DNA of 64,000 bases, taken from the NCBI GenBank assembly GCA_050250855.1, contig JBFWNW010000004.1:154002-218001 (forward strand). The letters are read 5' to 3'. This DNA is from Candidatus Babeliales bacterium. GTDB taxonomy: Bacteria > Babelota > Babeliae > Babelales > JACPOV01. This document shows positions 9,701 through 17,998 of this stretch, piece after piece. The notes under the pieces were generated by a model. It was given only the letters and a program-made list of their open reading frames with translations, ran no database searches and was not told the DNA's origin. Every line of letters begins with the position of its first letter. Position 1 is the first letter of the stretch. The position numbers and the translations under genes were made by a program.

Positions 9701-11021
9701 TATTTCACAACCCGGTTTCTATGTATTTGCAGAAAATATAACCTTTAGTCCGACAGGCTCTGGTCAACCAGCAATAGAAATTACCAGCAATGATGTCACC
9801 ATTGATATGTGCGGTAAAATATTGAGTCAAGGTAACAGCGCAACAGGTGTTAATGGCTTTAGCATACCAGGTAATACAGCCGCTTCACCTCGCACTAATG
9901 TAACTATTAAAAATGGCGGGATTAGCGGATTTACAAGGGCTGGGGTTGTTGTGGGAACAAATCCTGTAACAGCTGCCAATACAGCAGCACAACTTATTAC
10001 GCTTAAAGATTTAACAGTTATTAATTGTGCTACTAGAGCTATAGATTTTGTTGGAAGTTCAGGGGCAACAATACGTAATTCTACCATAGAAAATTGCTTA
10101 ATTACCCTATGTTGTACTGGAGCATCTGGCGATAATGCAGTTCGTTTAGAATTTACTCAATGTATAAATGTGAATAATTGTGAAATCAACAATAATGGAA
10201 GTACGACTACCAATTTAATAGCCTTACATATGGTTACTTCCAGTGAAATTAATGTAAATTATGTTGATATTGAATGCCATACCGTACAAAGCTTTACCGG
10301 AATATTTATTAATGGTAGTAATGATTGTTTACTCTCACAATGTCGCGTTGTAACTAATTCTGTTATAAATGCATTCAATGGCTTTGCCCAATCTGGAATA
10401 GGTTTTGCAGGAAATATGGCCCAAGATCTTCTGGTTGCTAATAATGCAAGTACGAACGGCCCACTTGTTGGGTTTAATTTAGTGAGCAGCACAAGGACAA
10501 CATTGCAAAAATGTAAAGCTTCAAATAATGCGACTACCAATTCTGCAGCATCTGCAAATTGTTTTGGTTTTAATTTTGATCAAACCACATCATGTTGTGT
10601 CAGTGAATGTATAGCAAGTAATAATAGAGCGAGTGGTAATGGAGTGACCAATATTTGTGCCGGCTTTAATATAGGAACTTCATCGGCAACAGCAGGAACT
10701 GGTGTTAAAAACTGTGAGTTCTTTGCAAATAGGGCTGAAAAAAATAGTGGCTTTACCGATGTGTTATCATTTGGTATTAGAGCGGTAAGTGGTACTGGTG
10801 GTAATACTAATAATGCCTATATTTTGAACTATGGTATTCGCAATGGACCCGGTACGCCAGTTGCTCTTAACCAAATAGTTGATAACAGTGGTGGCGGTAG
10901 TCCTGGTGGCGTTCCTCTTGGTTCAATTAGAGATTTAACCATAGCAGCGCTTAATATTCCTGCGGGTGTCTTAGGACTTGCAACGCCATCGTTAGGTATT
11001 TCTAATATACGTGTTATTTAA
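3747..11021 (+). CDS. Giant secreted repeat protein: signal peptide, ~1800-aa hendecad-periodic stalk, C-terminal right-handed parallel beta-helix domain
   Basis: Hydrophobic N-terminus ending IHA. Dozens of DLSGIFTALEFGFxDTQTIxCEKFExTWTILQKIDIDVNGIFTAI repeats. The last ~450 aa begin TISQPGFYVFAENI and are N/G/S/T/C/I-rich, like pectin-lyase-fold proteins. Confidence 0.85.
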   Translation: MKQQSCLLYGIFLFSFFVSQPFFIHASERNREYRNAISEEFSYPHVLEQIKELIDLHVHVSKNIDQLSAEDLSIFMGTLEDLLSVITSIKRSTTNPDYVEPLSLYEEHCLAVLKKAQSVSFHMESKAPRIDAPVITANDAVVGKDGCDLTQVLAILGAIKKRITNLSILICEKFEFTWSILEKIDIDVNGIFTALEDIQISVSIDLSGIFTVLEFDFNNLQTIICEKFEYTWSALQKIDIDVNGIFTAIDNIDICPTVDLTGIFTALEFDFNNLQTIICAKFEDTWSILQKIDIDVNGIFTAIDNIDICPTVDLSGIFTALEFGFHDTQTIICAKFEDTWSILQKIDIDINGIFTAIENINVNVSATVDLSGIFTALEFGFHDTQTIICAKFEDTWTILQKIDIDVNGIFTAIENIDICPTVDLSGIFTALEFGFFNTQTIICEKFEDTWTILQKIDIDVNGIFTAIENINVNVSATVDLSGIFTALEFGFYDTQTIICEKFEDTWSILQKIDIDVNGIFTAIDNIDICPTVDLSGIFTALEFGFYDTQTIICEKFEETWTILGEINENVLNLFEFTANLIGTLTADLLDTQTIICAKFEDTWTILQKIDIDVNGIFTAIDNIEVCPTVDLSGIFTALEFGFFDTQTIICAKFEDTWTILEKIDVDVNGIFTVLDNLVLSVTIGEITVSVSIDLSGVFTALEFGFHDTQTIICEKFEDTWSILQKIDIDINGIYTAIENINVNASATVDLSGVFTALEFGFHDTQTIICEKFEDTWTILQKIDVDVNGIFTALDNINVCATTDLSGIFTALEFGFYDTQTILCAKFEDTWTILGEINENVLNLFEFTANLVGTLTGDILDTQTILCAKFEDTWTILEKIDIDVNGIYTVLDNLVLSVTIGEITVSVSIDLSGVFTALEFGFYDTQTIICAKFEDTWTILEKIDVDVNGIFTAIEAIPTVDLSGIFTALEFGFYDTQTIVCEKFEQTWTILQKIDIDVNGIFTAIDNIEICATVDLSGIFTALEFGFFDTQTIMCEKFEQTWTILQKIDIDVNGIFTAIDNIEVCATVDLSGIFTALEFGFYDTQTILCAKFEDTWTILEKIDVDVNGIFTAIEAIPTVDLSGIFTALEFGFHDTQTILCAKFEDTWTILEKIDIDVNGIYTVLENLNLSVTIGEITISVSIDLSGVFTALEFGFHDTQTIICEKFEQTWTILQKIDIDVNGIFTAIDNIEVCATVDLSGIFTALEFGFFDTQTIMCEKFQYTWTALEFGFYDTQTIVCEKFEQTWTILQKIDVDVNGIFTAIVDSEVDLSGIFTALEFGFYDTQTIVCEKFEQTWTILQKIDIDVNGIFTAIEAIPTVDLSGIFTALEFGFYDTQTIVCEKFEQTWTILQKIDVDVNGIFTAIDNIEICATVDLSGIFTALEFGFFDTQTIMCEKFQYTWTALEFGFYDTQTILCEKFEDTWTILQKIDVDVNGIFTAIVDSEVDLSGIFTALEFGFYDTQTIVCEKFEQTWTILQKIDIDVNGIFTAIEAIPTVDLSGIFTALEFGFFDTQTIICAKFEDTWTILQKIDIDVNGIFTAIDNIEICATVDLSGVFTALEFGFFDTQTIMCEKFQYTWTALEFGFYDTQTILCEKFQYTWTALEFGFFDTQTIMCEKFQYTWTALEFGFYDTQTILCEKFQYTWTALEFGFFDTQTIICEKFEETWTILQKIDVDVNGIFTAIVDSEVDISGIFTALEFGFYDTQTIVCEKFEQTWTILQKIDVDVNGIFTAIVDSEVDISGIFTALEFGFFDTQTIMCEKFEQTWTILQKIDIDVNGIFTAIEAIPTVDLSGIFTALEFGFYDTQTIMCEKFQYTWTALEFGFFDTQTIMCEKFQYTWTALEFGFYDTQTILCEKFQYTWTALEFGFFDTQTIMCEKFEYTWSILAALEQDLSGVFTAMAYGFLDTKTVMCQKFQDTWTILDPIDAALCSPIEIRQAHVGVTTYTISQPGFYVFAENITFSPTGSGQPAIEITSNDVTIDMCGKILSQGNSATGVNGFSIPGNTAASPRTNVTIKNGGISGFTRAGVVVGTNPVTAANTAAQLITLKDLTVINCATRAIDFVGSSGATIRNSTIENCLITLCCTGASGDNAVRLEFTQCINVNNCEINNNGSTTTNLIALHMVTSSEINVNYVDIECHTVQSFTGIFINGSNDCLLSQCRVVTNSVINAFNGFAQSGIGFAGNMAQDLLVANNASTNGPLVGFNLVSSTRTTLQKCKASNNATTNSAASANCFGFNFDQTTSCCVSECIASNNRASGNGVTNICAGFNIGTSSATAGTGVKNCEFFANRAEKNSGFTDVLSFGIRAVSGTGGNTNNAYILNYGIRNGPGTPVALNQIVDNSGGGSPGGVPLGSIRDLTIAALNIPAGVLGLATPSLGISNIRVI
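4250..9640 (+). repeat. Intragenic coding tandem repeat array (66-nt minimal unit, ~150-175-nt composite units, 531-nt and 810-nt higher-order periods)
   Basis: Near-identical segment starts at 7501, 8032 and 8563 (531-nt period). The LGEINENVLNLFEFTANL block recurs at ~5432 and ~6242. The 22-aa unit LEFGFYDTQTIMCEKFQYTWTA is tandem at 8540-8830 and 9255-9510. Confidence 0.95.
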
Positions 11022-11033
11022 AAGGATTGGCGC

Positions 11034-12491
11034 ATGAAACAAATAATTAAAAAACTATTTTTTGGATTAGCGGTTACAGCTTTTTCTGGCCTTTATGCAA
11101 CCTTTATTATTGATAGAGCTGGTTCTTATTCTTTAGGCGGTGATCTTATTGATCCCGGTGTTGATGTAGTACAGATATCAGCAAGCAATGTAATTTTTGA
11201 TCTTAGTGAAAATACCATTTCTTTAGGTTCAAATGGCATTGTTATTGATCCAGGCATTTCTAATGTTACGGTACGCAATGGAAGAATTACACAAATTATC
11301 AATAACGGTATTTCAATTGGGGATGGGTGTGTAAACATTAATCTTGATAATATTGAAATTATGCAATGTGGCAATAATGCTGTAAGAGTAAATCAAGCTT
11401 GCAGTGGTGTTTTTATGACGAATTTGGCATTGCTTGGTACTAATAAATCTGCCATTTCTGTTGATCACGATGCTAAAACGATCCAAGGTAATACACTAAA
11501 AATAGGTACTTGTGCTGGTTCAGCAATAGAACTTTTAGGGACATCAACCGGTAATGTTGTGCGCGATATACTTTTGGATAATGTAATTACCATGTCAGTG
11601 TGCCTATCGCCTCTTTATACTAAAGCAATTCGTGTTGACTATGGTCTTAATGTAATTTTACGTAATATAACTATGGTTAACTCTGGAAACAAATATAATC
11701 AACTAAACTTGATAGGGTTCAATAATTGTTATCAATGCACCGTTGCTCAAGTTGCAGCTTCTGGTAACAGCGGTACATCATTAACCGGGATTAATCTGAG
11801 CTCTACTACCAGCACCATTGTTCAGGGAGTAAATTTAGTTAATAATAATTCTTTAAGTGGCAACTTGACAGGCTTTTTGTTTGCTAACTATTCATCAAAT
11901 AATCTTATAGCATTATGTCGCGTTTTAACAAGCTCAGCAACGGGTGGCAATGCGATTGGCTATTGTGCAGAATCAACCTCAGAGCGTACTATTTTTAGAG
12001 ATTGTGATATAGCAGCCTTAATGGGGACCAATGTTACTGGTTTTGATCTTCATGATAATGGAAGCCTAGGCAGTTTTAACTTGTTAGAAGGCTGTCAAGT
12101 TGTAAATTGCTTGGCGACTACCGGTAGCTTTGTGGGTTTTAATATTGATGGTTGCGATAAAGGCACCGTGTTTGATAGTGTGGCGTCTTATAATAGTGCT
12201 TTGTTAGGAAGATCCGTAGGGTTATTATTTAAAACCCCATCAGGTGGAAATCGTTGGAACATTAATCAGTGTAAATTTGTTCGTAATTATGGTATGGATG
12301 ACAATAATTCATACGGCGTATTAATTGAAGCTGGAGTAGAAAATCTTTTTGTTAAAAATTTCGCTTTTGACAACGGACAACTTGCCAATACACAAATGCA
12401 GGGAGTTCCTTTGGGTTCCATAACACAACTTACTACTGATAATTTAAATTCTGCAGATACTCCTTGGGCAAATATTATTATTATTCCTTAA
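11034..12491 (+). CDS. Secreted right-handed parallel beta-helix protein (paralog 1)
   Basis: Signal peptide; IIDRAGSYSLGGDL and ASNVIFDLS N-cap; Asn/Gly/Cys-rich beta-helix rungs. Confidence 0.8.
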   Translation: MKQIIKKLFFGLAVTAFSGLYATFIIDRAGSYSLGGDLIDPGVDVVQISASNVIFDLSENTISLGSNGIVIDPGISNVTVRNGRITQIINNGISIGDGCVNINLDNIEIMQCGNNAVRVNQACSGVFMTNLALLGTNKSAISVDHDAKTIQGNTLKIGTCAGSAIELLGTSTGNVVRDILLDNVITMSVCLSPLYTKAIRVDYGLNVILRNITMVNSGNKYNQLNLIGFNNCYQCTVAQVAASGNSGTSLTGINLSSTTSTIVQGVNLVNNNSLSGNLTGFLFANYSSNNLIALCRVLTSSATGGNAIGYCAESTSERTIFRDCDIAALMGTNVTGFDLHDNGSLGSFNLLEGCQVVNCLATTGSFVGFNIDGCDKGTVFDSVASYNSALLGRSVGLLFKTPSGGNRWNINQCKFVRNYGMDDNNSYGVLIEAGVENLFVKNFAFDNGQLANTQMQGVPLGSITQLTTDNLNSADTPWANIIIIP

Positions 12492-12502
12492 AAAGGATTG
12501 GT

Positions 12503-13783
12503 ATGAACAAAAAAAATATTTTAGTATTGATAGTTTGCTTTATCGTACAACATGCGAATGCAAATTCTATTGCTAATGTAATTAACAAACGTGGTTTCTA
12601 TAAATATAGTGCAGATTTTATTGCGCAACCAACAGATCCAAGTGATGCCATTATAAAAATTCAATCGAGCCATGTTGTGTTAGATTTGCAAGGATATTGT
12701 ATGGTTCAGGATTCATCAAATACCGTAACGGGATTGACGGGTATAGAAATAGGCCCGAATGTTGAAGATGTGATTATAAAAAATGGCAGCGTGCTACAGC
12801 TTTCAGGTTTTGGCGTGAAAGTTCTTGATGGATCAAATGCTGTGCAGATAGAAAATTTTATTATAGATGGTTGTCAGGCCGGCGGCATTTTTATTGATGG
12901 TCTTGTATCAGGAACGGGCGTAGAAAAGTTTTTGCTTAAAAATTCTCTTATATTTTCTTGTACAGGAGCACAGGGGAGTCCTGCATTGGGAGTTCATATA
13001 AAAGGTGCTCATAATGTACGCGTAGAAAATTGTAGCTTTTTAGAGAATGACGCTTTGACTACAAGCTCTGGCTATGGATGTTTTATTGAACAATGTTCTA
13101 CGGGTAAAATTATTGACTGTACCATGCAAAATATGGGAGGCAATGAATTGGTAGCAGGCTGTTATGTTCTCAGTTCAACCAATATTTTTTTGGATAACTG
13201 TTTTGCAATGCACAATAGAGCATATAGTACGGCATCAAATGCATTTTCTGCAGGTTTTTATATACAGTATTCAGATAATATTATTTGTAATGATTGTCAG
13301 AGTTTGCAAAATAACAGTGCTCAAAGCGCTTTTGGTTTTAATGTTGAATCAGGAACAGGAAATATTTTCAGAAATTGTATTGCTGAAAGCAACAGTGGAG
13401 CTACTGGCGCAGCAGGGTTTCAATTTACCACTCAATCAAGTTCTGTTATAGAAGACTGTTTAAGTAATTTAAATAATACAACAAGTTCTGGCATGGCCTA
13501 CGGTATTCATTTATTTGGTTCTGCTAATGATCATTGTTATATAGCTCATAACAACCTTGTTGGTAATAATGGTGTAAGTGCAAGCAGAGGCATAGAAGAT
13601 GATGCTGCCTCAAGTACCAGCTTTTTTCAAAAGAATAACTGTTTTAATAATGGAACAAATTATGCAGTAAGCTATCCGGCTAGTATTACCTTGCCATTGG
13701 TTATCGGCAGCTTATCATCTGCTTCTCCTGGGTTGCCTACTTTGCAGGCCGGAGAGCTTGAAAATGTTGATGTAAATCCATAA
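12503..13783 (+). CDS. Secreted right-handed parallel beta-helix protein (paralog 2)
   Basis: Likely start ATG 12503 after AAGGA; signal peptide ending ANA; INKRGFY and SSHVVLDLQG N-cap. Confidence 0.8.
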   Translation: MNKKNILVLIVCFIVQHANANSIANVINKRGFYKYSADFIAQPTDPSDAIIKIQSSHVVLDLQGYCMVQDSSNTVTGLTGIEIGPNVEDVIIKNGSVLQLSGFGVKVLDGSNAVQIENFIIDGCQAGGIFIDGLVSGTGVEKFLLKNSLIFSCTGAQGSPALGVHIKGAHNVRVENCSFLENDALTTSSGYGCFIEQCSTGKIIDCTMQNMGGNELVAGCYVLSSTNIFLDNCFAMHNRAYSTASNAFSAGFYIQYSDNIICNDCQSLQNNSAQSAFGFNVESGTGNIFRNCIAESNSGATGAAGFQFTTQSSSVIEDCLSNLNNTTSSGMAYGIHLFGSANDHCYIAHNNLVGNNGVSASRGIEDDAASSTSFFQKNNCFNNGTNYAVSYPASITLPLVIGSLSSASPGLPTLQAGELENVDVNP

Positions 13784-13801
13784 AAAAGGGTTTAGGAGTG
13801 T

Positions 13802-15124
13802 ATGAAAAAAATATTGTTATTTTTAGTAATAAAATTTTTTACGTCTAGTTTAGGCGCTTTTACTATAACGGACCCAGGATTTTTTGCGCTTGGTGGTAAC
13901 CTTATAGAATCAGGAACCGTTATAAGAATATCTACCAGTAATTTGACTGTTGATTTGGGTGGTTATACTGTTTCTGGAGGCGTAAGTGGTATTGTTATTG
14001 ATGCAGGATTAACCAATGTTACGGTGCAAAATGGATTTCTTGATAGTAATGTGCAAGGGATTACTATAGGTGCAGGATGTTCGGATATAATAGTACAAAA
14101 TATGTCAATTATACGCTGTACAAGAAGCGGTCTTGAGGTTAATGGTACCGATGCAAGCCAAGTAATGCGTCTAACAGTTAAGAATATCACCGTAGAATTA
14201 TCTACTATATTTACATCAACCGTTGATAAAACAATTGATAGTATTATGACATTTTCTAATGTTGTGGAACTTATGTTACAAGATATTATTCTGCAGCAAA
14301 ATGGTGATAACACAATAAATTTAACGGGAGTACGTATTATTAATTGTAGTAAAGCTACCGTTGAGAATGTATTGATGCTGAATAATCAAGGAGCCAGTTT
14401 CCAAGGAATTTTTGTTGAAAATACGAATAGTTCTTTTTTTAATAAAGTACAAATACGTATGAATACGGCGGCAAATCTTTTGGTTGGCATACGTTTTACC
14501 GGAGGGATTTTGAATACGGGAAATTTGTGTCAAAATTTTTCTGTGCTCAATAATAGCAGTACAAGCGGACCTCTTGCTGGTTTTGAATTGTTGCCCTTTG
14601 TTACCAAGAATATTATTACAGATTGTGTTGCTCAAAATAATAATGTATCAGGATCAACAGTTGGAGCAAATTGCATAGGCTTTAATTTGGATCAACCAAC
14701 TTTTTGTGCTTTGATTGGATGTCAAGCACTGTATAATACTGCTACAGGAAATGCAGGTAATACTGCTTTTGCAGCTGGTTTTAATATTGGTACATCTGCA
14801 GCAGGTGCAACGACCGGTACAAAAAACTGTGCCTTTTATAATAATGTTGCCACTGCCAATAATGCTGCAACGGGTACAGCAAATGGCAATGCTAATTCTT
14901 ATGGTATGCGTGTTGTAAGTGGCAACGGTGGTAATGTTAATAACATATTTATAGGCAACAGGGGTATTCTGAATGGTCCGGTAATTCCAGTAACCAATAC
15001 CAATCAAATTTCTAGTGGCACAGGAGGCCTTGCAGGAGGAAACTTCTTAGATAGAACCTCGGCAACTTTTACAACAGTAACAAGTTATACAGCAGGATTA
15101 GTAAATTTAAGAATAACGTCCTAA
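13802..15124 (+). CDS. Secreted right-handed parallel beta-helix protein (paralog 3)
   Basis: AGGAG RBS; signal peptide; FTITDPGFFALGGNL; shares GFNLDQPT and AGFNIGTS with the giant protein head. Confidence 0.82.
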   Translation: MKKILLFLVIKFFTSSLGAFTITDPGFFALGGNLIESGTVIRISTSNLTVDLGGYTVSGGVSGIVIDAGLTNVTVQNGFLDSNVQGITIGAGCSDIIVQNMSIIRCTRSGLEVNGTDASQVMRLTVKNITVELSTIFTSTVDKTIDSIMTFSNVVELMLQDIILQQNGDNTINLTGVRIINCSKATVENVLMLNNQGASFQGIFVENTNSSFFNKVQIRMNTAANLLVGIRFTGGILNTGNLCQNFSVLNNSSTSGPLAGFELLPFVTKNIITDCVAQNNNVSGSTVGANCIGFNLDQPTFCALIGCQALYNTATGNAGNTAFAAGFNIGTSAAGATTGTKNCAFYNNVATANNAATGTANGNANSYGMRVVSGNGGNVNNIFIGNRGILNGPVIPVTNTNQISSGTGGLAGGNFLDRTSATFTTVTSYTAGLVNLRITS

Positions 15125-15186
15125 GTTTTTATCTAAGGATTTTTAATAGAAATGAAGCAATTGACTTATTAAGAATTATTTAAATT

Positions 15187-15322
15187 CCGTTCGTGGTGAG
15201 GAGCAAACTTATTTAGTTTGCGTCTCGAACCATACGGAATCCTAAAAAAATATATAAATTTTTTAATTTTGAGTTCGAATGGTTCGAGACGTTTTTCTTC
15301 GAAAAACCCTCACCACGAACGG
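15187..15322. repeat. Palindromic element, family 1, inverted doublet with extended internal hairpins
   Basis: CCGTTCGTGGTGAG...TCGAACCATACGGA, AT-rich spacer, then GTTCGAATGGTTCGAG...CTCACCACGAACGG. Confidence 0.8.
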
Positions 15323-15353
15323 GATATATAACTAAAGTTAAAAAAGGGCTAGT

Positions 15354-16637
15354 GTGAATCATAGAAAAAAAGTCGTTCTATTAAATAGTTTATTCTTATT
15401 ATATATTCATCTATCTCAAGCCTTTACGATAACAGATCCAGGTTTTTTTGCTCTGGGGGGTGACTTAGTAGAATCTGGTACCGTAATAAGAGTCTCTACC
15501 AGTAATTTGACCGTTGATTTGGGTGGTTACATGGTTTCTGGTGGTACCAATGGTATTGTAATTGATGCAGGTCTTTCAAATGTTACCGTACAAAATGGGC
15601 GCATTGATAGCAATACACGTGGGGTTACTGTAGGGTCAAACTGTTCAGATATAACGCTACAAAATATAACGCTTAAAAACTGTGCGCGACGTACCGTAGA
15701 AGTGAATGGAACGGATGCAAGTCCGGTTATGCGTTTGGGTATTTTTAATATAATATCAGAATTATCAACGACCGCTGCATCAGTGACAGATAGTGTTATG
15801 TCGTTTTCTAATGTTGTTGAATTAACAATGGATAATGTCAAGCTACAAAAAAATGGTGCAAGTACCGTTAATCTGACGGGAATGAGTTTTATTAATTGTA
15901 GTAAAGGTTCTATTGAAAACGTAACGATTATTAATAATCAAGGTGCAACGTTTCAAGGTTTTTTTATACAAAATACAACAAGCTTTTTAATGAATCAGGC
16001 AAACGTTCGTATGAATACTGCAACAGGAGATTCGGTTGGCTTTAGATTAACAGGCGGCATAAATACGAACGGCAATTTTATACAAAACTGTTTAGTATCA
16101 AATAATATGAGTACGAATGGACCGTTGGTCGGTTTTGAATTTTTACCGTTTGTGACACGCAATGTTTTAATAGGTTGTGTTGCTAGTAATAATATAACAA
16201 CGGCCGCTGTTTTATCGGCAGATTGTTGGGGTTTTAATTTTGATCAACCGACATTTTGTAATATTTTAAACTGTAGAGCACTTAATAATCAGGCGCAAGG
16301 TAATGCCTTTTTTAATTTTGGTATTGGTTTTAATATTGGTAGCTCTGGTGGTAGCGGTACAGCAACCAATGATTGTGAATTTAATAATTGTTGGGCAGTT
16401 GGTAATGCTGGGGCTGCTCCGTCTCGTTCTTTTGGCATTAGAGCCTCGAGTAATAATGTAGCTAATACGAATGCTTATTTATTTTGTGTTGCATTTGGCA
16501 ATGGCAATGTGTTGGCAAATCAAATTACACAAGGTACGGGAACCAGCGGTGCCGTTCCAAGCGGCTCAACACGTACCGATACCATTGATAGTTTGAATGG
16601 AAGAAGGGTGGAGTATGGAAATTTATCAATGACATAA
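15354..16637 (+). CDS. Secreted right-handed parallel beta-helix protein (paralog 4)
   Basis: GTG start; signal peptide; FTITDPGFFALGGDL; close paralog of the next gene. Confidence 0.82.
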   Translation: MNHRKKVVLLNSLFLLYIHLSQAFTITDPGFFALGGDLVESGTVIRVSTSNLTVDLGGYMVSGGTNGIVIDAGLSNVTVQNGRIDSNTRGVTVGSNCSDITLQNITLKNCARRTVEVNGTDASPVMRLGIFNIISELSTTAASVTDSVMSFSNVVELTMDNVKLQKNGASTVNLTGMSFINCSKGSIENVTIINNQGATFQGFFIQNTTSFLMNQANVRMNTATGDSVGFRLTGGINTNGNFIQNCLVSNNMSTNGPLVGFEFLPFVTRNVLIGCVASNNITTAAVLSADCWGFNFDQPTFCNILNCRALNNQAQGNAFFNFGIGFNIGSSGGSGTATNDCEFNNCWAVGNAGAAPSRSFGIRASSNNVANTNAYLFCVAFGNGNVLANQITQGTGTSGAVPSGSTRTDTIDSLNGRRVEYGNLSMT

Positions 16638-16680
16638 AGGGTTTTATTGTATTAAAAACTATTATAATAAGGTAGAGATT

Positions 16681-17949
16681 GTGATGGTATATAAAAAATT
16701 AATTTTTTTATTTTTGTTACCGCTAAGTTTAAAAGCTTTTACGATAACAGATCCAGGTTTTTTTGCTCTGGGGGGTGACTTAGTAGAATCTGGTACCGTA
16801 ATAAGAGTCTCTACCAGTAATTTGACCGTTGATTTGGGTGGTTACATGGTTTCTGGTGGTACCAATGGTATTGTAATTGATGCAGGTCTTTCTAATGTCG
16901 TTATACAAAATGGTGTTATTGCTAGTAATACACGTGGCATTACCGTAGGATCAAACTGTTCCGATATCACGGTACAAAATATAACTATAAGAAGTTGTTC
17001 GCGGCGTACGGTAGAAGTGAATGGTACTGACGCAAGTCCCGTTATGCGTTTAACCGTAGTAAATATACTATCAGAATTATCAACGACAGCTGCATCAGTG
17101 ACAGATAGTGTTATGTCGTTTTCTAATGTTGTTGAGTTAACAATGGATAATGTCAAGCTACAAAAAAATGGGGCAAGTACTGTTAATCTGACGGGAATGA
17201 GTTTTATTAATTGTAGTAAAGGGTCGATTGAGAATGTAACTATTATTAACAATCAAGGCGCAACATTTCAAGGCTTTTTTATAGAAAACACAACAAGCTT
17301 TTTAATGAATCAAGCTAATGTTCGTATGAATACAGCAACAGGGTCTTTAGCAGGTTTTAGATTAACCGGTGGCATAAATACGAACGGTAATTTTATACAA
17401 AACTGTTTAGTGTCAAATAATATGAGTACGAATGGTCCTTTAGCTGGCTTTGAGCTGCTTTCATTCGTAACACGTAATGTTTTATTAGAATGTTTTACTA
17501 ACAATAATATAACAACAGCTGCAACCGCAACAGCAAACTGCTTTGGTTTTAATTTTGACCAACCAACATCATGTAATATTTTAGCGTGTCGCGCTATGAA
17601 TAATCAAGCTCTTGGCAATAGTACGAATATTTGTGCAGGTTTTAATATTGGTACTTCTGGTGGTAGTGGCACAGCAACTAATAATTGTGAATTTAATAAT
17701 TGTTGGGCTGTAGGTAATACTGCTCCTACTGCAGGAAATTCTTACGGTATTCGTGCAGCAAGTAATAACCTTGCTAATACCAATGCCTATTTATTTTGTG
17801 TAGGGTTTAAAAATAGTACAACATTGGCAAACCAAATTACGCAAGGTAGTGGTACGAGTGGTACGGTTCCGAGTGGTTCAACAAGAACTGATACTATTGG
17901 TGGTTTGAACGGTCGTGTTTTAGAATATGGCAATTTGGCGTTGACGTAA
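16681..17949 (+). CDS. Secreted right-handed parallel beta-helix protein (paralog 5)
   Basis: Signal peptide ending LKA; 155-nt block identical to paralog 4. Confidence 0.82.
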   Translation: MMVYKKLIFLFLLPLSLKAFTITDPGFFALGGDLVESGTVIRVSTSNLTVDLGGYMVSGGTNGIVIDAGLSNVVIQNGVIASNTRGITVGSNCSDITVQNITIRSCSRRTVEVNGTDASPVMRLTVVNILSELSTTAASVTDSVMSFSNVVELTMDNVKLQKNGASTVNLTGMSFINCSKGSIENVTIINNQGATFQGFFIENTTSFLMNQANVRMNTATGSLAGFRLTGGINTNGNFIQNCLVSNNMSTNGPLAGFELLSFVTRNVLLECFTNNNITTAATATANCFGFNFDQPTSCNILACRAMNNQALGNSTNICAGFNIGTSGGSGTATNNCEFNNCWAVGNTAPTAGNSYGIRAASNNLANTNAYLFCVGFKNSTTLANQITQGSGTSGTVPSGSTRTDTIGGLNGRVLEYGNLALT

Positions 17950-17998
17950 TAGGTTTTTGTTTTTAATTTTTTAATTTTTTACAGGGAGGACCTGTTGT

